Shown here: positions 18,705 to 27,306 of the stretch, piece after piece | How positions within the stretch are numbered: position 1 is the stretch's first letter | Layout: each line of letters begins with the position of its first letter | Source of the DNA: an uncultured Acidimicrobiia bacterium | GTDB lineage: Bacteria; Acidobacteriota; Terriglobia; Versatilivoradales; Versatilivoraceae | NCBI GenBank assembly: GCA_963786955.1 | Contig: CAWBAT010000009.1 | Span: forward strand, 224,001-288,000 | Reading direction: 5' to 3' | Length of the DNA stretch: 64,000 bases | Notes under the pieces: generated by a model | Told to the model about the DNA's origin: nothing | The model's input: only the letters and a program-made list of their open reading frames with translations | Databases searched by the model: none | Position numbers and translations under genes: made by a program

Positions 18705-20474
18705 TTAAGGAGACTGTCGAAACGCCTGAGCGGCGTGCCGGTTGGTCGGGTAGAATCGGTCCGGGTCAATCAGTTCAATCAAATCGTATCGCTCGAGCCA
18801 CGAGCGGAAAGACCGGTCGGCGCGGCTGACGGCGAAGGTGATATTCTGTTTCTTCAACAGGGTGATCGCCTGACGAAGAACCCCCGCACCGGTCGTGTCG
18901 ACGTCAACCATCGCCTGTGCATCCAGCACGAACCAGCGGACAGGGGTGGGCGCCTGCGTGACCAACCGCTCGACGTCGTCAAGGAACAGGGTCGCATTGG
19001 CGAAATAAAGCGGAGCGCCAAAGCGGTATACCATCAGGCCGGAGGAGCCGGAGGCGTTCCCGCCGTCCACGGGGAGGAAGTGACTGCCGTCGGGCGCTTC
19101 CACGAGCGCCGAGGTTTCCGGACGGGACGCCCGCCGGATCACATCAATCGTCGACATGAGAAAGGCGATGACGACGGCGCGCAGCGGGCCAAGGGCCAGC
19201 ACGCTCAGCAGGCAGACCGCGGCGATCCAGAACTCCGAACGGCGCATCCGCCACAACTCGCGGAACTCGTGGACCTCGATCAGCGACAGCACCGCGTTGG
19301 CGACGATCCCGGCCAGGGCCGCATTTGGCAGGTAGGCCAAGAGGTTGGTGAAGAAGAGCATCACCAGTGTGATTGTCCCGGCAGCCACCAGGCTGGGCAA
19401 CTGGCTGCGCGCGCCCGCGGCATCCATCGCCGCCGAGCGGGACGGGCTGTTGCCCGTGACGATGGACCCGGTGAAGCCGGCTGCCAGGTTGGCCACACCG
19501 TAAGCGAACAACATCTGGTCGCCGTCGGCCTTATAGCCATACTTGTTGCTGTAGCTGCGGACCACCAGCAGACCTTCGCACAGGAGAATGGCCACGATGG
19601 CCAGGGCGCCCGGCAGCAGCCGCAGGTAGTCGGCCAGAGGGATCGTGGGCAGGGTCAGCGTCGGGAGCCCCGAGGGAATCGTGTTGCCGAGCACGGCGAC
19701 GCCTTTCGCCGGGAGGTCGAGGATCGCGACAAGAGCCGTCAGCAGCACTAGGGCCACCAACGCGCCGGGGATTTTTGGCGCGTACCGTTTCATCAGCCGA
19801 ACGATCAGGAAGGCGCTCACCCCGATCGCCACCGAGTAGAGGTTGGCGCGCGGAACGGAGTGGATCAGGGCCAGGACCTCCACGAAGTAACCCTCGGTGT
19901 TCGTCACCGAGGTCGCCAGGGTCTCCTTGAGGCGCTCCGCCGCCGCCAGCAAGCCCGACGTGGCGTTGCCCACATGGGGAGCAGCGAGGACCTTCCGGAC
20001 CTGGTTGGTGAACACCTCGACGCCGAGCCCGGTGATGAAGCCTGCCATCACGGCGCGCGAGAGGAAGTTGGCGAGGAATGCCAGCCGGAAGATCCAGAAG
20101 ATGAAGAACAGCAACGCGCAGACCACGGCCAGTGCCAGGGCGTACTGCATGCGAAGCGGATCCCCGGGCGCGGCGAAGGCGACGAGGGCGGCCCCGACCA
20201 GGGTGGCCATGGAAGCGTCGGGGCTCGTCACCAAGTGGCGCGAGCTGGCCAGCAGGGCAAAGACCGCCAGCGGGATGATGGCCGCGTAGAGACCAGCCAC
20301 GGGGGGCAGGCCGGCCACCTGCGCGTAACCGATGTTCAGCGGGATCATCAGAGCGGCCAGCGTGACGCCCGCCGAGACCTCCCGCGGGACGTCGGCCAGC
20401 GTGATCCCTCGCAAGCCCGCGAACGGGCGTGGCCAGCGGATCCTGGCGAAAATGGTGCGGGCTTCTTTGCTCAT
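18705..20474 (-). CDS. SulP family anion transporter with STAS domain
   Basis: AGVTLAALMIPLNIGYAQVAGLPP..GLYA, YRFGAPLYFANA and DVDTTG. Confidence 0.92.
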   Translation of the reverse strand: MSKEARTIFARIRWPRPFAGLRGITLADVPREVSAGVTLAALMIPLNIGYAQVAGLPPVAGLYAAIIPLAVFALLASSRHLVTSPDASMATLVGAALVAFAAPGDPLRMQYALALAVVCALLFFIFWIFRLAFLANFLSRAVMAGFITGLGVEVFTNQVRKVLAAPHVGNATSGLLAAAERLKETLATSVTNTEGYFVEVLALIHSVPRANLYSVAIGVSAFLIVRLMKRYAPKIPGALVALVLLTALVAILDLPAKGVAVLGNTIPSGLPTLTLPTIPLADYLRLLPGALAIVAILLCEGLLVVRSYSNKYGYKADGDQMLFAYGVANLAAGFTGSIVTGNSPSRSAAMDAAGARSQLPSLVAAGTITLVMLFFTNLLAYLPNAALAGIVANAVLSLIEVHEFRELWRMRRSEFWIAAVCLLSVLALGPLRAVVIAFLMSTIDVIRRASRPETSALVEAPDGSHFLPVDGGNASGSSGLMVYRFGAPLYFANATLFLDDVERLVTQAPTPVRWFVLDAQAMVDVDTTGAGVLRQAITLLKKQNITFAVSRADRSFRSWLERYDLIELIDPDRFYPTNRHAAQAFRQSP

Positions 20475-20567
20475 GATGTGATCCCTCCATCCACACGGAA
20501 CCGGCAGTCCGACCCTCGGACCGGTTCTTTAATGTTCATTCTGACCTTCATAGAAATCCGACGTTGG

Positions 20568-20687
20568 CGACTGCGGGATGCGCATGACCGTGTCGATTGC
20601 CGCCGCAATCTGGTCATTCATAAGAGTCTGGCGGGAGTATTCGGCCCCCCGGGCCAGGATCGGGAGATAGCGGCGAAGCGTGGACAT
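20568..20687 (-). pseudogene. N-terminal remnant of a second, different SulP gene
   Basis: MSTLRRYLPILARGAEYSRQTLMNDQIAAAIDTVMRIPQS resembles the SulP N-terminus (LP...W...Y.....D..A..........IPQ). Confidence 0.55.
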
Positions 20688-20691
20688 GGTT

Positions 20692-21153
20692 TCAACCCCT
20701 TTCGCGGTTTTCGGTATCTGAATTGGTCTTTGCATCCGGCTTGATGGCCGACCCCTTCCATTTGCGGTATAGCATGTGCGCGATACGCATGACCGGGCCT
20801 CGAACCAGAAAATACGGCACGATGGCGCAAGCCACAGCCACGACCAGCAACTCCCCGAAGTAGAACGACCGCAGGACCCAGATCTGGTAGATGGTGTCGA
20901 GCACACAAGCGATGATGAAGATTCTGCCAAAATCCTTGAGCCCGGAGCGGAGAAGCCGTCGCCGCTCGGTTGGGTTCTTGAAGAAAGCCCCCAGGAAGGT
21001 TGGCTTCCCTTCCCGGACATCCCTCAGGTACGCTCGGATCGCAAGGATAGTGACCACCGTGGGCATGACCACTAGCCGGAAGTTCAACGGCCCGCTAAAC
21101 CGGCCGAGCAGATGTTCACCTCGACTAGCCAACATTTCAAAGATCGTATCCAT
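20692..21153 (-). CDS. Hypothetical membrane protein
   Basis: GRFSGPLNFRLVVMP, KDFGRIFIIACVLDTIYQ and PYFLVRGP; AAGGA RBS. Confidence 0.7.
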   Translation of the reverse strand: MDTIFEMLASRGEHLLGRFSGPLNFRLVVMPTVVTILAIRAYLRDVREGKPTFLGAFFKNPTERRRLLRSGLKDFGRIFIIACVLDTIYQIWVLRSFYFGELLVVAVACAIVPYFLVRGPVMRIAHMLYRKWKGSAIKPDAKTNSDTENRERG

Positions 21154-21350
21154 GGTTCATTCCTTTCGAGGACTGACTTGGTACGGCCCCTTGGGCATTC
21201 TTTGTTTTCCACGATTTCAAGCAATGGTGCAATACGAATAGGACAGCATGCCTCAGAAAATCCCCTCCGCCGGAGGGGATTGTTGAAAAAATCGGGCCAT
21301 TTTCGATTTTCCATGTTCTTCACCATCGTTCGTCCCTCCTACAAGCCCAT

Positions 21351-21869
21351 CTACTGGACTTTAGAGAGCAGCATCCGGTCGGGAGTGAGCTTTTTCGTCC
21401 ACGGACAACCGGAGTTTTTCCAGCCGTCCTTCGGTTGCTTGCCCTGAGCCACGCTTGCAGAGTCCCCATTCGCATCCCCCTCCATGCCGTCAATGATGTT
21501 GTAAACGTGCTTGAACCCGGCCTTGGCAAGCAGGTTGGCGGCGATGGCGCTGCGGCCACCCGACCGGCACATGACGCAGATCGTGTCATCAGGTTTGGCC
21601 ACCTCGCTTACCCGGGAGACGAAATCGGGGAGGAGTTTCATGGGAAACTGCCCCTTGCTGGCGTCCCACTCATACACCTGAGCGGCGACCGGGATTTTCC
21701 AGGCCATGGTCGGATGGCCGACAAAAAGAAACTCCTCGGGAGTGCGGACATCGAATATCATCACCTTCTCCGGCTCGGCCTGCCACTTCTCATAGGCCTC
21801 CTTCGCGGTCACATAGAGCCCAAGCACCGTCTGCTTTTCTTTGGGAAGAGCTACATTAGGTTCAGTCAT
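21351..21869 (-). CDS. Rhodanese-like sulfurtransferase
   Basis: DVRTPEEF, active-site CRSGGRS, YNIIDGMEG and GWKNSGCPW. Confidence 0.9.
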   Translation of the reverse strand: MTEPNVALPKEKQTVLGLYVTAKEAYEKWQAEPEKVMIFDVRTPEEFLFVGHPTMAWKIPVAAQVYEWDASKGQFPMKLLPDFVSRVSEVAKPDDTICVMCRSGGRSAIAANLLAKAGFKHVYNIIDGMEGDANGDSASVAQGKQPKDGWKNSGCPWTKKLTPDRMLLSKVQ

Positions 21870-21875
21870 ATTTAC

Positions 21876-22087
21876 CTCCTTAGAAAATCCCCTCCACTGA
21901 GGGGAATCACTTTTATTTTCTTATTGTGCCTGCCTCACCTTAATGACTGGCTCCTCTGAAAACCCCTCCGTCGGAGGGGTGGCTGCCGCAGGCAGACGGG
22001 GTGGGTCTTCTCTAAGAAAAGTTTTCCCTTCTCCAAACCCACCCCTGGCCTTCGGCCATCCCTCCGACGGAGGGGAATCGTTTTCAT
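21876..22087. repeat. Two tandem shell elements with CCCCTCC..GGAGGGG palindromes
   Basis: On the minus strand, ATGAAAA...TTTTCAGAGGAG (22087-21951) then AAGAAAA...TTTTCTAAGGAG (21922-21876); strong similarity to 24383-24523. Confidence 0.75.
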
Positions 22088-22170
22088 TAACATGTCGTGC
22101 GTCCACCTTCTCGTGGCTAATGGGCCTAAGTGACGCTGCAATGACAACGTGGTAATCGTAATGGTTCCGG

Positions 22171-23097
22171 TCACTGAGCTTCCGCTTCATCCCAGGAGTC
22201 GTCAGGATCGTACTCCGTCATGCGGAGGGCCTGCGAGTCAGTGTCCTTCCCGAGATCCTTCTGGTACACGACGCCATCCGGGCCGACCACGAAGGTCATG
22301 ACGCCGCTGAATGCGTATTTGGCTGGATAGGCGAGGAGAGCGAAGCCTCCTGTCATATTGCCGTTCACCACGTAGCTCTTTTTGCCGCCGGGCGCAGCCG
22401 GTCCCTGGGCCGCGAGTATTCGGTAGCGGTAGCCCCGGAACGGCGAGGACTCCGGCTTGTTCTGGTCATAGCCTTCGGCTGCAGCCTCGGCGACGAGGTC
22501 ACCCATCGGACTGCGCCTTTCCCCGGGTTTCCTCTGCCAGTAGAGACCATCATGGAGGCCGAGAGAGCTGCGAAGGTGTTGAGCAAAGAGGCCTGCTGGT
22601 TTGCCGTCGTGCGGCTGACTGGCATATTCCTTTTGCATGCCGACATAGGTGTGACATAGGTCGATAACGTCGAGCTCGTTGCCTCCGATTCGCCGTGCCA
22701 ACACCTCATGCTTACCGGCTTCGGAGTCGAACTGCCACTCATTGCCGGTTTTGACCAGGGGGACCGGGAAGGGCCACTGTTCGTCGCCGATGATCAGCTC
22801 CTTGCCGTTTTCACCGTGCGGCCCCCAATGCCAGGATTGCTCCATCGCGAGCGCAAGCACCTCACGATCATGACGGTCGGCAACCGGATCGCCGGAGGCG
22901 GCAGCTTCTATCCCTTCGCGGCCGAAGATCGCCTGTATCTTTCCCATGTCTTCCGTTTTGAATGCCTGGAGCACCGCTGCCGCTGCCTCATCCGGTGTGG
23001 CGAATTTCGTTTGCTCCGGGGCTTTGTTACAAGCCGGTGCAAACAGGATGACCAGCCCAAGCACTGCCAGTAAAACAAACAGTTTCAGAAATCGCAT
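22171..23097 (-). CDS. DUF2950 family protein (probable lipoprotein)
   Basis: WPFPVPLVK, RRIGGNEL, DGLYW, PFRGYRYRIL and GVMTFVV..DGVVYQKDLG. Start MRFLK follows GAGGAGG. Confidence 0.88.
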   Translation of the reverse strand: MRFLKLFVLLAVLGLVILFAPACNKAPEQTKFATPDEAAAAVLQAFKTEDMGKIQAIFGREGIEAAASGDPVADRHDREVLALAMEQSWHWGPHGENGKELIIGDEQWPFPVPLVKTGNEWQFDSEAGKHEVLARRIGGNELDVIDLCHTYVGMQKEYASQPHDGKPAGLFAQHLRSSLGLHDGLYWQRKPGERRSPMGDLVAEAAAEGYDQNKPESSPFRGYRYRILAAQGPAAPGGKKSYVVNGNMTGGFALLAYPAKYAFSGVMTFVVGPDGVVYQKDLGKDTDSQALRMTEYDPDDSWDEAEAQ

Positions 23098-23128
23098 ATC
23101 CATCCTCCTCTTCCTCTCTGGTTTATCA

Positions 23129-24310
23129 TCATCGTCCGCCACCACGTCGGCCCCCTCCCCCTCCACCACGTCGGCCCCCTCCACCGCTCTTGCCTCCGCT
23201 CCTGCCTCCGCCACCGCCGCTAGAAGAGAGGCTGCTGCTGCCCCGCGAGCTCTGGGCGCGAGTGGCTGAGCCACTCTGATAGCCCGACATGCCCCCGGAA
23301 CTCATTCCGCTGCGCTGCGAGGCGGTCTGCCCGCTTCCGCGGCTGGAAGTGGTCGCCGCAGTTTGACGCTGCTGTTGACCCGCTCCCTGAGACTGCGCGG
23401 ATGGCGCGCCGGACTGGCGCTGGCCCTGGTTCGCCTGTGCGGTGGATTGGCGCTGCGACTGGCCCGACTGCGCCGTGGATTGACGCTGCGACTGGTTCGA
23501 CTCCTTGCTAGACTGGCGCTGGTCCTGATTCTGCTGCGCGTTAGACTGGCGCTGATCCTGATTCTGGCGAGCTTGGTCCTGGCGATCCTCGTAGTAATCT
23601 TGGCGATCATCCCAGTAATTGTCGTAGCGATGATAGTAACTATTGTGGTGGGCGCCGATGAGTATCCCCGCAGTGAAGCCAATGGCGGCCGCTCCGGCAA
23701 CTGACGCGCCACTGGGGGGTGGAGGAGCCGCGACGTAAACTGTCTGCGGATTGTAAGTCGGGACGTAAATGACCTGGGGATTGGCCGGTTGAATGACGAT
23801 CACCTGTTGGCCGCTGGAGGTGGTCTGCGTTTCGACCGTCTGCTGAGAGGTTGTCTTCAGATTGCCGGCTGCCTGCGCCTGCGCGCGCATGCGCTGGATC
23901 GAATCGAAGATACCGTCTTTGTCGGCATTGAACGCCTGGCCAAGTGCCTTGGTCCAGTCCGGTTTCTGGACCATCATCTGGATGACCTGGGGAAACGGCG
24001 CCAGCGCAACCAAAGCGGGATCGAAGCCGGCCTTCTGTGCGGCGTCCTGGAGTTCGCTGCCCTTCAGTTTGGAGTTTTTCCCCATCCAGTCGGCAAACGA
24101 CTTGAGATTGTCAAAATTCGTGGAAGCCGCCACAATCTGAAAGATCAGGGCATCCGGGTAAAGGGCGATCGGAGCCGTCAATTGGTCGATCGCATTTGTC
24201 GATGCCGGCGCGCCCTTCGACTGTTGCGCAAATAGTTTTCCCGAGGGGATGAGCCCACAGAAAAGGGTGAACAGAAGCAGTAATAGCCAAACTCGTGACA
24301 TGGATCTCAT
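23129..24310 (-). CDS. DUF3300 domain protein with Gln/Ser repeat and Gly/Arg-rich tail
   Basis: DQLTAPIALYPDAL, VIQPANPQVIYVPTYNP and 11-aa QRQS repeats; the usual partner of DUF2950. Confidence 0.88.
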   Translation of the reverse strand: MRSMSRVWLLLLLFTLFCGLIPSGKLFAQQSKGAPASTNAIDQLTAPIALYPDALIFQIVAASTNFDNLKSFADWMGKNSKLKGSELQDAAQKAGFDPALVALAPFPQVIQMMVQKPDWTKALGQAFNADKDGIFDSIQRMRAQAQAAGNLKTTSQQTVETQTTSSGQQVIVIQPANPQVIYVPTYNPQTVYVAAPPPPSGASVAGAAAIGFTAGILIGAHHNSYYHRYDNYWDDRQDYYEDRQDQARQNQDQRQSNAQQNQDQRQSSKESNQSQRQSTAQSGQSQRQSTAQANQGQRQSGAPSAQSQGAGQQQRQTAATTSSRGSGQTASQRSGMSSGGMSGYQSGSATRAQSSRGSSSLSSSGGGGGRSGGKSGGGGRRGGGGGGRRGGGR

Positions 24311-24382
24311 TCGTATACTCCTTTCAGGCTCGTTTAAGCTGGCGTGCTGTTGTACCGTTAATTCATCCTATTTAGGCTTTTT

Positions 24383-24523
24383 CTAGAAGTCCCCTCCACC
24401 GGAGGGGTGGACGTCCGCCGCGGCGGACGGACGGGGTGGGTCCCATCGACCGAAAGCTTTCCCTACTCCAAACCCACCCCTGGCCTCCGGCCATCCCCTC
24501 CAAAGGAGGGGAATCATTTTCAT
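24383..24523. repeat. Shell element with CCCCTCC..GGAGGGG palindromes
   Basis: About 140-bp paralog of 21951-22087; begins at the stop codon of the upstream minus-strand gene. Confidence 0.75.
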
Positions 24524-25263
24524 CATGAGTCTCCTTTGGAGCCCGGGTTCGCCGAAGTATCCCGGCGAGCCCGCTGCCGGCGCGACCGCATCTCGGCTAG
24601 GCTTAACTTCCGCTCGATTTTTGCAAACAGGATCACCGCCCATAACACCGGAGCAAGGGCCGCACCCACCGCGCCCTGGAAAAAGGTGATGGCCTTGCAA
24701 TCCCCACTGAAGCGGCCGAGTAAGGCATCCACGGTGTTGCCGCTCAGGTTGGTGAAAGTGATGAAGCGCACGTAGGCGAGGATCTCCTTCACCTGCGCAT
24801 CGCTGTAGTACTTGCGCAGGTTCTCAATCGATTCCGGGGCGAACTGGTCGAGTTGCTCCGCGTAGTGCTGAGCAAACAGGATCGCCGCGGCCTCGGCCGG
24901 ATTAATTGCCTCCAGCGACTCGGTCTGATGGCGGAGGATCTGGTTGACTTCCTCAAGCGGTACCCCGTGGGCCATTGCCCAGTGCATATGACCCCACTCG
25001 CAGAAGCGGCAGTCGTTGATCGAAGTGACGCCGAGAAAGATCTTCTCGCGCAGCGCAAAAGAGAGTTTCGGCCTGACCAGCGCCCGGGCAAGAACGGGGG
25101 ACGAGGCCACGAAGTTGGCGACCGTCTTGAAAAAGTTGTCAGGAGTCAGCGTACGCTTTGGCTGGCTGTGCTGCTTCGGTGGCGCGCTTGTGCCATTCTT
25201 CGAGTGCGGATCATCGGCAGGCTCGGCGCGCCCGCCGCCGGTCACGTGCTTAGACTCTGTCAT
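24523..25263 (-). CDS. Carboxymuconolactone decarboxylase/AhpD-like protein
   Basis: LREKIFLGVTSINDCRFCEWGH (CxxC-xxx-H). Start MTESK follows GGAGG. Confidence 0.8.
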   Translation of the reverse strand: MTESKHVTGGGRAEPADDPHSKNGTSAPPKQHSQPKRTLTPDNFFKTVANFVASSPVLARALVRPKLSFALREKIFLGVTSINDCRFCEWGHMHWAMAHGVPLEEVNQILRHQTESLEAINPAEAAAILFAQHYAEQLDQFAPESIENLRKYYSDAQVKEILAYVRFITFTNLSGNTVDALLGRFSGDCKAITFFQGAVGAALAPVLWAVILFAKIERKLSLAEMRSRRQRARRDTSANPGSKGDS

Positions 25264-25348
25264 CTCTATACCTCCTTGCTTGTCGTTCGCGACCTGGTTC
25301 ACCTCCACGCACATCGGCCGCGTGGTCGGCTTCACCTATCGGTTCCGA

Positions 25349-25684
25349 CTATTTGCTTTCGAGGATCTTTAATATCGTTTGGTAGCCGCCGCCGTTGAAG
25401 GCTTTGAAACCCGCGGCTTCCAGTACTTGTTTTGCCATTCCGGCCCTGCCGCCCGTGCCGCAATAAAGTACGATGTTTCGGTCACGAGGCAGTTCGTCCA
25501 TATGACGCTTTAACGTAAAGAGCGAAATATTCGTCGCGCCCGGAGCAATGCCTCTTCTCGCTTCGAGCTTTGTTCGGACATCAACCAAAAATGCTCCTTT
25601 TTTGAGCAGTTTCGCTACTTCTTCCGGCGGCAGCTTTGTGTCCGCTAAAGCGTCATGTTTTTCTTTTAATTTTCCTAACAACAT
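25349..25684 (-). CDS. Single-domain rhodanese (PspE-like)
   Basis: LVDVRT, YCGTGGRA and NGGGY. Confidence 0.88.
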   Translation of the reverse strand: MLLGKLKEKHDALADTKLPPEEVAKLLKKGAFLVDVRTKLEARRGIAPGATNISLFTLKRHMDELPRDRNIVLYCGTGGRAGMAKQVLEAAGFKAFNGGGYQTILKILESK

Positions 25685-25809
25685 TTAACTCCTTATTTTA
25701 GTATGCGTGCGCTTTCACTGCCAGCAGTGTTGTCAACGGGGCCGTTGCCTTCGACCCCGTATCCGTCCTTGCTGGTCGTGCAGATGTGCTCGCCATAAGA
25801 GGCGACCTT

Positions 25810-26493
25810 CTAAGGAATGTAGTTCGCACTTGTATCCGAACCATAACCGCAGCCCTGGTAGGTGCAGTGCAGGTCGTCGCGGATGATGGCCGCCCATCCG
25901 CCCGCTTTGCTGGTGTCGAGCACGAGATCCTTTTCGAGGACCTTGGTCTCGAACTTCCAGCCTTGCGGCAGGGTCTTCAGCTTGCCGCCTACCGTGTTCA
26001 CATTGTCGGGCGTCAGGCTCGGATCGACCGCCTTGGTGTATTCCTGCATAACCCAAACTGCGCCGTCCGGCGCGCGCAGCAGGCACACGGATTTACCCGC
26101 CTTGAAGGTCCAGACCGAGCTGCGCCGGATCAGCGAGGGCACGTAGGCGTTCTGCATCTGCGAGATCATCTCCGCCCCGGTCATATCCCCGCCCCAGCGC
26201 AACTCGACGCCGTGAAAGTTCTGCGTTTCGCCGACGAGGAACTTGATTTCGTCCATCAGCCAGAAGCGTCCGCTGTTGACCGCGCACATATCCACTTCGA
26301 GTTCGCCCGCCAGTTTCTTGGCATCGATCTTTTTGTAGGCTTCGGGGTCGACGGGAATCGATGCCGCCGTATAGACGTGGGCTCTCTGTGATTTCCCGGT
26401 GCCGATAAAGGCCCCCATCCCATGGAAGGGGAGGCCGCGGGTGTTGTTGAAGCTCATCCAGCTTAGGGATTCCATACCTGTTTTAAGTTTCAT
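25810..26493 (-). CDS. Conserved hypothetical protein
   Basis: 227 aa with RBS and coherent GC3-rich codon use; RFWLMD, DGAVWVMQ and LPQGWKF. Confidence 0.7.
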   Translation of the reverse strand: MKLKTGMESLSWMSFNNTRGLPFHGMGAFIGTGKSQRAHVYTAASIPVDPEAYKKIDAKKLAGELEVDMCAVNSGRFWLMDEIKFLVGETQNFHGVELRWGGDMTGAEMISQMQNAYVPSLIRRSSVWTFKAGKSVCLLRAPDGAVWVMQEYTKAVDPSLTPDNVNTVGGKLKTLPQGWKFETKVLEKDLVLDTSKAGGWAAIIRDDLHCTYQGCGYGSDTSANYIP

Positions 26494-26609
26494 TGGTTTT
26501 TTCCTTTCGTTTTATAGTTGGCTTCTTGCTTCTATGAGAGTCGTGACGTTGGGGCGCGGGAGCACCGCGCCCCGATGTTTGATTTACGGAATGTAAGGCG
26601 CGTCACCAC

Positions 26610-27008
26610 TTACTTCTTCATCATCTTCGCGAGATGCTCCTGGATTATCTTGGCTTGCGCAGCCAACCCTCCACCGGGGCTGAACTGGATGATCTCGGCC
26701 CCTTCCTTCGACTTGAAGTTGTGCGGAGCTGGCCAGAAGCACGCTTCCCCAGCGCGGCAAACCTCAATGGTCCCGTCAAGGTAGATGACCTCCACCGTGC
26801 CCTTCAAAACGTAAGCCCAGTGTTCAACCCCGCACAGATCATGCGCTAGTCCCTTCCCAGCCAGAATTTGTGTGAAATCAGTACCCGGGGCAAAGACGTG
26901 GTAGGCGCACTGCATGCCGCCCCAGTTCTCCTCCCAAATTTTGAGGCCTGGGGTGTTCTGGGTGACGATGTCGTCTACTGGGTGCATATCCGTCAATTTC
27001 TTCCTCAT
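26610..27008 (-). CDS. Cupin-like hypothetical protein
   Basis: LCGVEHWAYVLKG...AGEACFWPAPHN cupin-like motifs; GGAG RBS. Confidence 0.7.
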   Translation of the reverse strand: MRKKLTDMHPVDDIVTQNTPGLKIWEENWGGMQCAYHVFAPGTDFTQILAGKGLAHDLCGVEHWAYVLKGTVEVIYLDGTIEVCRAGEACFWPAPHNFKSKEGAEIIQFSPGGGLAAQAKIIQEHLAKMMKK

Positions 27009-27039
27009 ATGTTTTCTCCGTTTTGTTTTTGTTTTCGTG

Positions 27040-27076
27040 CCTCACCGGACCGGCGGTGATGGCGATTTGTTCAAAG
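27040..27076 (-). promoter_or_regulatory. Repeated leader hairpin motif, copy 3
   Basis: CTTTGAACAAATCGC-CATCACCG-CCGGTC-CGGTGAGG, 32 nt before the ATG at 27008. Confidence 0.6.
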
Positions 27077-27306
27077 CCAGACCCGGTCGCCTGGACAAAC
27101 CTAGTTGTGCACTGACGGCCATCGGTTACGGAAAGTAGTTGGCGCTCGTGTAAGTCATTCTTGAAAATACCCTCCTTTCTCCTGAGCTTTCGCCCGGCCG
27201 AGGAGTTGCTCAACACCACGAGTTAGCATCTCCAGAATTGCATCCATGGTTCACTCCTTCCGATGATTGAGATGTCAGAGTTTGGCTGTGCGTTCTTCTC
27301 TTTCCG

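Noticed and set aside
18735-20744. Long antisense and alternate-frame ORFs over SulP (also over DUF2252, the nitroreductase and GDH)
   Set aside because: Shadow ORFs of GC-rich genes; no motifs or RBS.
23098-23274. Extended N-terminus of the DUF2950 ORF
   Set aside because: Overlaps the DUF3300 Gly-rich tail; an RBS and signal peptide indicate the start at 23097.
23420-23590. Regular 33-bp periodicity suggestive of a CRISPR array
   Set aside because: Degenerate in-frame coding repeats with no unique spacers and no cas genes.
25707-25724. Possible sigma54 promoter TGGCAGTGAAAGCGCA upstream of the small rhodanese
   Set aside because: GG-N10-GC spacing fits but the TTGC consensus is missing; too weak. 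No convincing -24/-12 site was found upstream of the ABM gene either.
26528-26545. CTCTCATAGAAGC as a possible IS110 right end
   Set aside because: Too short, with no adjoining transposase sequence.
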